Assembly: GCA_044376115.1 (NCBI GenBank)
Contig: JBILLK010000006.1
Coordinates: 1-64,000, forward strand
Length of the DNA stretch: 64,000 bases
DNA from: Polyangiaceae bacterium
Lineage (GTDB): Bacteria; Myxococcota_A; Polyangia; Polyangiales; Polyangiaceae
Direction of reading: 5' to 3'
A program made the translations under genes and the position numbers. The notes below the pieces were generated by a model that did not search any database, had not been told where the DNA came from, and saw only the letters and a program-made list of their open reading frames with translations. Below are positions 38,201 through 45,172 of this stretch, one piece after another. Numbering within the stretch: the first letter of the stretch is position 1; each line of letters opens with the position of its first letter.

Positions 38201-40455
38201 GCGACTCCGATGCGCAGCCGTTCTTCGACCTCACCGAGTTCGCCCGTGGCCTTTTCAAGCTACCGATCGACGAGTTGGATGCAGCGCTTGCCCAAGCGGA
38301 GGGCGGTTCGCCGGTGCGCTCGCCGGCTTTTGAGCTCCTGCAAAAGGCGCTGGTCGGCCAAGCGTCGCGTGAGCTCGAGGACCCAGCGATGCGACTGCGC
38401 GTCGACGGTGGCGTGGTCACGCGTGAACTCACCTTGGCCTACGGTCTGCGTGAGGTCACCAGGTACGACGGTGAGCAACTGCGTCACGCCTATCCTGAGC
38501 TCGGCCTCGTCAGCTCGCGCACGCTCGGAGCGGGGGCTGCGCTTTGGCCTTCGCTCGACGGCCTCCCGTTGCTCCCCACGCTGGAGTCGCTGGATGGCTG
38601 GTCACTCGAGAAGGTCGCAGTGAACGTGCTGCGTCTATCGAATCCCGCGGCGAGCAGCGTCGACCCGAGGATCCCGAACGCGATCGACTGGACCTTCGAT
38701 GCAGAAGCGCGGCTCGTGCGAGTCACGCATCACGGCGGCGAAGGCTTTTCGGATCAACGGCTGACCTGGTCCGAGCGTGAGCTCATCGTGGTTCGCGGCG
38801 GAGACAAGCGAGTCTTCAGCTTCAAGACCGCGAGCGCGCGGCCGGCTCTGCCGCCGAACTTGCTCGAGGTGGAGTTGCCGCTGCGCAACCCTGATCACTG
38901 GACGCGCGCGGTCGCTGCAGCCGATGAAAAAGCGCAGAAGATCTTCGGCTTGCAACAGCAGTTGGCGTCGCTATGCGCGCTCAGCGACGTGAAGGAGATC
39001 GTCGCCGTTACGCAACAGTTGGTCGCGCTCGAGGGCACGCTCTCGTTGGGTGAAGCGACGCTGGCCAGCCTTGCGCTGACCCGCGGACGCGAACCTTCGT
39101 TGCACAAAGCGCTGCCGCGCGATCAAGGCGTTACCGCCTATCTTTCGGCCTTTGAGAAGCCGTCGGTGCGCTCCTTCGAGCAGGCCGCGACCGCAGCGAA
39201 AGGAACCTTCTTCGAGAAGCTCGCGGTGCTGCGAGCGGGCTATCTGGAAAGCGCTGGCGTGACCAAGCGCAAACGCGCGAAAGCCTTCGTCATGGCTTAT
39301 CCGGAAGCGCCTCTTTTGGGCTTTCTGTTTGCGCGGCGCGCTGCAGCGGAAGGCTCTTACAAGCAGCGCGCCGCCTTCTGGGCCGAGCTCAGCGAGACTC
39401 CGGCGCTCGGGCTGATCGCTGCTCGTGAACAGGCCAACGCGGTGGAGTACGGCGAGCCAACCGATCGACCCCGCGCGCTGCTCGCCAAGGCGTTCGATCA
39501 GGCCTTCGAGCGAGGGTTGCCCATTCAATGGCACTACGATCTGGCGCCAGTCATCGGCTACGGCGCGCACGCTGACGCCTTCACCCAGCGGCTGCGCAGC
39601 CGTGTGCTCGAGCGCGGCACAGGCGAGCAAGTGCTGGCGTGGATGCGCATGGACCTGAGCGAAAATCGGTATGATCGGCAGGAGAGCGCCGCCGTCTATG
39701 CACGAAGCTTGGCGGCGGTCGGTGATGAGCGGCAGCAGGTCGTGGGCGCCGAGATCCTGATCGGGGTCGGTCGCTTCGAGTCCGCCCGCAGTTTGCTTCG
39801 CCCCATTCTGGCAGACACCTCCTTGGCCTCGGTCGACGCTTTGATCGTCGGCTCGCGGATGCACGAGGGCTTCGGCGAGCTCGACCGCGCGATCGAACTG
39901 CGGGAGAAGGCCTTTGCTCGCACCAAAGGCTCGTCGCGCAAGGTCGAAGAGTTGCGTGGCTGGTACCAGGCCCTGCTCGAGCTCCAGGGCCGTCGCTTGG
40001 CGGCGGATCCAGAGGACGAGTCTCGCGTCCAAGCGGTGTTGCGAGTCGTCGCCGCGTGGCGCGCCGAAGAGCCGGGGCTTGAGCTCTTGCCGCAGGTGTT
40101 GGCCCGCTTGTTCGTACGTGCAGGTCGCTTCGATCTGGTCGAAACGGCGCTTTCGATGCAGCCGGAGCTGCGACCAGCACAAGGTTCGGCTTGGGCCGAA
40201 GTCGGTAGGGCGTGGGCTCAACTGAGCGAGCTCGACAAGGCCGCCTCCCACTACGATCGCGCGGTGTTGGTCGAGCCCACTGACCCAACGTGGCGCGTCG
40301 AACGGGCGAAGATCCTGCTCGCAAAGCCTGACGAAGGCTCGCGCCGCAGGGCGCTCGAGGACCTGCAGTTGGTGAAGAGCGGTACATGGCAAGAGCGCTT
40401 CGCGCGGGAAAAGGCGTACGCGGCGGAGTTGCTCAAGGAGCTCGAGGTGAAGTAA
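35284..40455 (+). CDS. Anti-sigma/FecR - VIT - vWA - Gly-rich - TPR multidomain membrane protein (1723 aa)
   Basis: GTGA overlap with the sigma gene; TM; FecR (LRDGS, GRAVFDV, GTRFLV, VARGEV); VIT (ARTTVDQTFFNP..RSLEG.Y.F, RRDPALLEW); vWA MIDAS DASSS and VGDG; C-terminal TPRs. Confidence 0.88.
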   Translation: MSEETKPESDDAQLERNVEALMKHAQSRKELEPARLSGDAKERIRAELLAKLPRANGELPQPKPAGSRVRRLWPFAAGACTLAAAAALALVFTQSKETVPELQHKNATASPLLVTLRDGSRATLDVGAVLIERNRGEVVLEAGRAVFDVAADRSPLAVVTTFGRATAQGTRFLVSKEADAARVAVARGEVALADSSQRSEAVHVGSEGVIRSGDAPRVIAGRRISHEFAFAEFAAAESAAAEAPKGGHGNLTARDPGWRLPAKIDSRNFTLDVVVEAGFARTTVDQTFFNPTNRSLEGLYSFQVPHEATISRLAMYVDGTLMEGAVVDRSRGRDIYEGIVERRRDPALLEWMGGDAFKMRLFPLPGRSEKRVFLSYTELLSRSYDTTELSVPIPEFDTPTRKASVSIRLRGGAQTELVSSSFALAETVDGSDKLLTWEASEQVLGKDLVLRLREPVTEPEQSKRVSFEENGSGYSLIKLQPELRGDAARADAPRHIVVLLDASSSIRASALAKEQAFVSGLIDSVDSDDVVDVVAFGHRAETWNRREPLGDFVAGVALYGGDSRVDRALDKATALLSERAASERLVVYVGDGSFTSVEKPLDGAALAQKVSAAGGSFYGVGVGPNVDRGALDTVAAGAGGFVISVGEEDSAKARAFDFFARTVTPCLRDLKATALRGEAALQAAEVLIESPVVCDGAELRVLLKTPVGTPADGVRVQGSVGGKAWEKRISFGAASATPANYLPRLFAEWRVKELLRKAPMLPGASESPHQEELTKLGMEHFLVTPFTSLLVLENDKMYKQYGVEQRAPKGFAVYAAPSTIPVVTEPTDKRGPLSMAAAFEVVERSRMSFFSTWDQSEHHYQGIGLGGIGTIGFGSGIGSIGGGIRLSGIGEGGGGFGSIRMGGRLGGSHRSRPDWDSVSTRTLASRSPRSASPFEQRFEARSEEVFAEWGTSVGDESDWLRLAFTQVRPAAMRDSDAQPFFDLTEFARGLFKLPIDELDAALAQAEGGSPVRSPAFELLQKALVGQASRELEDPAMRLRVDGGVVTRELTLAYGLREVTRYDGEQLRHAYPELGLVSSRTLGAGAALWPSLDGLPLLPTLESLDGWSLEKVAVNVLRLSNPAASSVDPRIPNAIDWTFDAEARLVRVTHHGGEGFSDQRLTWSERELIVVRGGDKRVFSFKTASARPALPPNLLEVELPLRNPDHWTRAVAAADEKAQKIFGLQQQLASLCALSDVKEIVAVTQQLVALEGTLSLGEATLASLALTRGREPSLHKALPRDQGVTAYLSAFEKPSVRSFEQAATAAKGTFFEKLAVLRAGYLESAGVTKRKRAKAFVMAYPEAPLLGFLFARRAAAEGSYKQRAAFWAELSETPALGLIAAREQANAVEYGEPTDRPRALLAKAFDQAFERGLPIQWHYDLAPVIGYGAHADAFTQRLRSRVLERGTGEQVLAWMRMDLSENRYDRQESAAVYARSLAAVGDERQQVVGAEILIGVGRFESARSLLRPILADTSLASVDALIVGSRMHEGFGELDRAIELREKAFARTKGSSRKVEELRGWYQALLELQGRRLAADPEDESRVQAVLRVVAAWRAEEPGLELLPQVLARLFVRAGRFDLVETALSMQPELRPAQGSAWAEVGRAWAQLSELDKAASHYDRAVLVEPTDPTWRVERAKILLAKPDEGSRRRALEDLQLVKSGTWQERFAREKAYAAELLKELEVK

Positions 40456-40481
40456 CGCGCTGCCCGCGCACGCCGACCGAC

Positions 40482-41543
40482 TCAGCCGAACGTGCGTGGA
40501 TCTGTCGGTGTGCGGCGGAAGTTGACGAGCAGCTGGGGGATGTCGTGGAGCGGTGCGACGTGGGTTGCGTAGCCCGCCCGTTGCACCGCCGCGGGCATAC
40601 CGAACACCACCGCCGTATCCTCGGATTCTGAGATCACCACCCCGAGGTGTTGCCGAATCACACGGGCACCTTCTGCGCCGTCATCCGCCATGCCAGTCAG
40701 CACCACGCCGAGCGCACGCGGCCCCATCGTCATCCCGATGCTGCTCAGCAAGCGCGTCCCGCTCGGCACATAGCGGTCGTTGTCGCGCGGCGGCCCTACC
40801 ACGACGCGGAGCGATCCTGAGGCCTCGCGCCGAACCTCCATACACATGCCGCCGGGACAGACGTAGGCGTGGCCGGCGAAGAGCGGCTCGCCGTCCACGG
40901 CCTCTCTCACACACAGCGGCGTGGTGCGATTGAGCCGGTCGGCGAAGCTCTTGGTGAAGCCAGGCGCCATGTGTTGGGCGATCATCAGCGCGCCCGGGTA
41001 ATTGGAAGGCAGGCGCGAAAGCACCGAGAGGAGCGCGCCGGGGCCGCCCGTGGAAGCTGCCAATCCAACCACGTACCGCGGTACTGTTTGGTCCGGCCGC
41101 TTACGCTCGGTGGGTACGTTCATCGTTGGCAGCTCGAGCCGGGGTGGCCTGCGCCAGTGTCGCGTCACCTGGAGCTTGGAGACCAACTCACGGCCCCACG
41201 CATCCCCGGTCAGCAGCTCCTCGGGCTTGGCCATGAAATCGGTCGCACCCAGCTCGAGCGCGCGCAGCACGTTCTCGGTTGCGGAGTAGTTCGAAAGCAC
41301 GACCACCGCGGTGGGCCGGGACGACATCAAGATGCGCAGAAAGGTGAAGCCGTCCATCTTGGGCATCTCGACGTCGAGCGTGATGGCGTCCGGCTCGAGC
41401 TCAGCCACCATGCGCAAGGCTTGCTCCCCGTTGCCAGCGTGGCCCACCACACGCACGTCGCTCGCGCGGTCCAGCGCCTCCGTTATCAGGTGACGGTTGA
41501 CCGAGGAGTCATCGACGACAAGTACCCGAATCGGGTCGCTCAT
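40482..41543 (-). CDS. cheB: Chemotaxis response regulator protein-glutamate methylesterase
   Basis: Receiver VVDDS/TLDVEMPKMDG/AKP; catalytic ASTGG, QHM, LTGM.DDG. Confidence 0.95.
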   Translation of the reverse strand: MSDPIRVLVVDDSSVNRHLITEALDRASDVRVVGHAGNGEQALRMVAELEPDAITLDVEMPKMDGFTFLRILMSSRPTAVVVLSNYSATENVLRALELGATDFMAKPEELLTGDAWGRELVSKLQVTRHWRRPPRLELPTMNVPTERKRPDQTVPRYVVGLAASTGGPGALLSVLSRLPSNYPGALMIAQHMAPGFTKSFADRLNRTTPLCVREAVDGEPLFAGHAYVCPGGMCMEVRREASGSLRVVVGPPRDNDRYVPSGTRLLSSIGMTMGPRALGVVLTGMADDGAEGARVIRQHLGVVISESEDTAVVFGMPAAVQRAGYATHVAPLHDIPQLLVNFRRTPTDPRTFG

Positions 41544-42442
41544 TGGCTACCTCCCGATGTGATTTCGGGTTTGCGGTACACGATCTCGTCGCAGATCTCT
41601 TCGACCACGAAGGGCACCGACTCATTCAACAGCGATTCGCTGTGGCCAAGGATCAAGTAGCCGCCCGGCGACATGCGCTCGAAGAACCCGAGCACGACCC
41701 GCATGCGCGAGCGCTCGTCCATGTGGATGAGGACGTTGCGGCAGAACACCACGTCGATGAAGCCGCCAATGGCGGTGTCGAGGAGATTGGCGTGCTTGAA
41801 GTGGCAGACGTTCTTCAGCTCTGGCGTCACCGTGCGACTTCCGTCGGCGTGCGGCGTGAAGAAGTGATCGTAGTTGAGCTGCTGTTGGTCATTCGGGTCT
41901 TCACGAAAGGACGACAGCGAGTAGGTCCCGCGGCGCGCTAGCGCGATGCAGCGGCGTGAAATGTCGGTACCGAAGACCTTGACGCGCTCGGGGGAGATGC
42001 GACCGGAGCCCAGCAAAATGGCTGCCAGGGTGTACGCCTCTTCACCGGACGAGCAACCGGCGCTCCACACGGTGATGCGGTCTTTGGCGGCGAAGCGGGG
42101 GACGATCCCGTCGCGGAAGGCAACCAGTTGGCGCATCCCGCGAAAAGCGTAAGTCTCGTTGACGGTGCAGACCTCAGCCGCTTCCTCGAGCTCCGCCTGA
42201 TCTTGTTCGATCCGCGCGGCATAGTCCTCGAAGTTGTCCGTCCCGAGGACGTTGAGGCGCTCGCGCAGCCTGCGCTCCACGGTGGTGCGCATATCCAGCG
42301 AAAACCAAAGGCCGGCGTAGCGGTTGAGCGTGCGACGGATGGCCTCGAACGTGGTTAGCGTGAGGCGGCGATCGTCTCTGGAGAGGAGGCTATTCATCTC
42401 CGCGGCGCTCTCGATTCCGCCGAAGGCGGAGGCAGCAAACAT
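41540..42442 (-). CDS. cheR: Chemotaxis protein-glutamate methyltransferase
   Basis: TVNETYAFR, VWSAGCSSGEEAYTLA, GTDIS, VFCRNVLI, LILGHSESL; alternative start 42397. Confidence 0.95.
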   Translation of the reverse strand: MFAASAFGGIESAAEMNSLLSRDDRRLTLTTFEAIRRTLNRYAGLWFSLDMRTTVERRLRERLNVLGTDNFEDYAARIEQDQAELEEAAEVCTVNETYAFRGMRQLVAFRDGIVPRFAAKDRITVWSAGCSSGEEAYTLAAILLGSGRISPERVKVFGTDISRRCIALARRGTYSLSSFREDPNDQQQLNYDHFFTPHADGSRTVTPELKNVCHFKHANLLDTAIGGFIDVVFCRNVLIHMDERSRMRVVLGFFERMSPGGYLILGHSESLLNESVPFVVEEICDEIVYRKPEITSGGSQ

Positions 42443-42586
42443 TATGACTCGCGCCTTCTTCGAGAAAGCGGCCGAAGGCCCCAGTCCCCTTCACCATCAC
42501 TCGGCACGAGTCATTTGAACTCAACTTGCAAAGAATTATCACGGGGGCTCCCGTGCGACCACAGTCCGAGATAGCCTCGCCTGCGC

Positions 42587-45172
42587 ATGGCGTGGCCGCT
42601 GCTCGTGAACCCGCAGGGCCCGATCGCGCTCGGGTGCTTCCTTTGGGAGCGCCGGGGCCGAACGAGGGTTACCGCAATCGTAAAAGCGAGCTTCGCCATG
42701 GTTCATGGCGGCTTTGCCATGCCCACCGATCCGTTGCCGATCGTCACTGAAGAGACTGGTGAGGCAGCAAGCGACCTCTGGCCTCAGCTGAGCTTGCCGC
42801 AGGCGATCGCGCACTGTGACGCCGTATCTCTCGGCCGCGAGCCGGTGCAAGCCATGGCTGTTCGGTTCGTGATCTGGAAGCGAGGATTCAAGCTCGACAA
42901 GACGGTTCATGTGTTCGGCCCGCGTTCCAGCCATGATCTCGCGCCAGAGGCCTTCGTCCAGGCCCCGGTGACGTGGGAGTCGGCTCCTTCGGGTGAGAAC
43001 GGTCACAACCCGGTGGGAGTGAAGGGGGATCGGCCGGCGCGCGTGATTTCTCCCATCAACCCTGCGGTTCCAACCTCTTTTGCTCCGCTTTCTTTTGATC
43101 GCAAAGAGCGCAACCTGCACCGATTCGAGCTGCCGAAGGTGGGGCCGATTCCTTGGCGCTGGCCCGATGAGGTGATGCCAGAGGCCTTCTCTTCAGCGCC
43201 GCGGGACCAGTGGTTACCCACTTTGGATGGGGATGAGTGGATCCTGCTCGATGGTGTGCACCCTGAGCTGCCGCGCTTTGCGACGCGGCTTCCGATGCCT
43301 GTGACACGAGCTCAGCTCCGCGATGAGTCGGGGCGCGCCGAGCCCTTCTTGCTGGCGCTCGATACGCTGACGGTGGACACGCGTACGCGCACGGTCTCGT
43401 TGGTTTGGCGCGGCTCGTTGCCGTTGCTCCGTGAGCATTGGACGGATCTGCAGGTGGATGCGTCGTTTGAGTTGGGCGTCCCGGAGGAGCTTTCGGCGGC
43501 GGACGCGCCGGGGCCGTTAGCGCTTGGAAAGGGCCTCTTGCTCGGTCCTCGCCCTTCGGTCGCGGTAGCGCCGGCGCTGCCGCCGCCGCTCCCAACCATG
43601 GCGGAGGAACAAACGCCCCCGCTTTCAGCGTCGGACACGATTCCGCCGCCAAAACTCAATGGCCTTTCGGCGATGCCGTTCTCGGTCGCGCCCGCGTCTC
43701 GCCCAAGTGGCGCAAGCCCGCGCCCGCCGACGATCCCTCCGCCAGCGCAACGCGTGCCGCTGGCCCAGTTGGTTCCACCGCCGGTGCAGTCGGCTCCGCC
43801 CGCGCCTCCGCTAGTTCCACCGCCGGTGCAGTCGGCTCCGCCCGCGCCGCCCCCAGTTCCCCTGGTGCCGCCAGCGGTCCCGTTGGTGCCGTCTGCGGTC
43901 CCGTTGGTGCCGTCCCCGGCGCTTGCCGCTGCCGTGCCTAGCCCGCCGCCACCCGCTGCCACCCTCGTGGCGGAGAGCACCGACGCTGGAGCCTCGCTTC
44001 TTCGTGACAAGGAGGAGCCGACGCACGAGGGCGCTCGACTCGATATCACCGCCCAGAATGAGATCGCTGCAGCGCCCGACGCAGGTCCGACGTCGATGGG
44101 CACGCTGAATCTGCGCACCACCGTGCTCGGCCGCGTAGAACGCAAAGAGCCGCTCAAGGATCTGATGCTTGCCGGCGTGGACCTAAGCGAGCTCAACCTC
44201 GCGGGTGCCAATCTCGCGGAGGCCAATCTCGCGGGGACCAAGCTGAACGGTTGCAACCTATCGGGAGCGAGGCTCGCCGGCGCCAAGCTGGGCGCGGCAG
44301 ACCTCTCGGGCGCCAATCTCGAGTCCGCCGATCTCACGCACGCGGATCTCAGTCGTGCCCAACTGCGTGGGGCGAACTTCAGTGACGCGACCCTGAGCGA
44401 TGCGAATCTCAGTACCGCCGACGGCCAGGATGCGAGCTTCCAGCGCGTGAAGGGAGCCCGCTTGATCCTTTCGCAAGGGCGCTGGTCCGGAGCTTCCTTC
44501 GAGCAGGCCGAGCTCCCGGGAAGCGACTTCTCGGGCGCCGAGTTCGATCGCTGCAACTTCGATCAGAGCAATGTCACCGGCGCGCGCTTCGTGGACGCTC
44601 GTGGTAGCGAGGTTACCTTCGCCAAGGCGCGCATGACCGACGCCAATCTCGCTGGCTGTCAGCTGCTGCGTTGTCAGTTGGTGGCAGCGGATGCGCAGCG
44701 CACCTCTTGGGACCGCGCGACGTTGCGTGGCAGCTCCTTTCGAGACGCACTGCTCGACGGCGCCGGCTTTGCGCGCGCCGCGCTCGATCAAACGGACTTC
44801 TCCGGCGCCTCGTTGACCAAGGCGAGTTTGATGGGCGTGACAGGTGAAACCTGCTTGTTCGTTGGGGCCAACCTCGAGGCTGTGGATTTGCGACAGGGCA
44901 AGTTGAGTTCGGCCGACTTCAGCAAAGCGAAGCTGGTTCGTTGCAACGCGCTCAAAGCGACGCTCCAAACCTCCACCTTCACCGAGGCGGACCTGACGGG
45001 CACCTCGCTGCGCTCGGCGAAGCTCCGTTCGGCCAACTTCGAGAGAGCGATCCTGCGCGACGCCGATCTGCGTGATGCGGATCTCGAACTCGCCGATCTG
45101 CGGGGAGCCGAGACCCAAGGTGCACGGCTCTCGGGTGCCAACCTCAAGGGCGCAACCGAGGGCGGCGCTTGA
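42587..45172 (+). CDS. DUF2169 domain - Pro-rich linker - pentapeptide repeat protein
   Basis: IVKASF, DKTVHVFGPR, NPVG, APRDQ..L.GDEW.LLDG.HP, LDTL.VD, LVWRG; long A(D/N)LxxA repeats. Confidence 0.85.
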   Translation: MAWPLLVNPQGPIALGCFLWERRGRTRVTAIVKASFAMVHGGFAMPTDPLPIVTEETGEAASDLWPQLSLPQAIAHCDAVSLGREPVQAMAVRFVIWKRGFKLDKTVHVFGPRSSHDLAPEAFVQAPVTWESAPSGENGHNPVGVKGDRPARVISPINPAVPTSFAPLSFDRKERNLHRFELPKVGPIPWRWPDEVMPEAFSSAPRDQWLPTLDGDEWILLDGVHPELPRFATRLPMPVTRAQLRDESGRAEPFLLALDTLTVDTRTRTVSLVWRGSLPLLREHWTDLQVDASFELGVPEELSAADAPGPLALGKGLLLGPRPSVAVAPALPPPLPTMAEEQTPPLSASDTIPPPKLNGLSAMPFSVAPASRPSGASPRPPTIPPPAQRVPLAQLVPPPVQSAPPAPPLVPPPVQSAPPAPPPVPLVPPAVPLVPSAVPLVPSPALAAAVPSPPPPAATLVAESTDAGASLLRDKEEPTHEGARLDITAQNEIAAAPDAGPTSMGTLNLRTTVLGRVERKEPLKDLMLAGVDLSELNLAGANLAEANLAGTKLNGCNLSGARLAGAKLGAADLSGANLESADLTHADLSRAQLRGANFSDATLSDANLSTADGQDASFQRVKGARLILSQGRWSGASFEQAELPGSDFSGAEFDRCNFDQSNVTGARFVDARGSEVTFAKARMTDANLAGCQLLRCQLVAADAQRTSWDRATLRGSSFRDALLDGAGFARAALDQTDFSGASLTKASLMGVTGETCLFVGANLEAVDLRQGKLSSADFSKAKLVRCNALKATLQTSTFTEADLTGTSLRSAKLRSANFERAILRDADLRDADLELADLRGAETQGARLSGANLKGATEGGA

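Noticed and set aside
38971..40392. Long antisense ORFs (this one, 729-2027, 15792-17021, 50259-51584, 43312-44556 and many shorter)
   Set aside because: Shadow frames of well-supported genes in GC-rich DNA; no recognisable motifs
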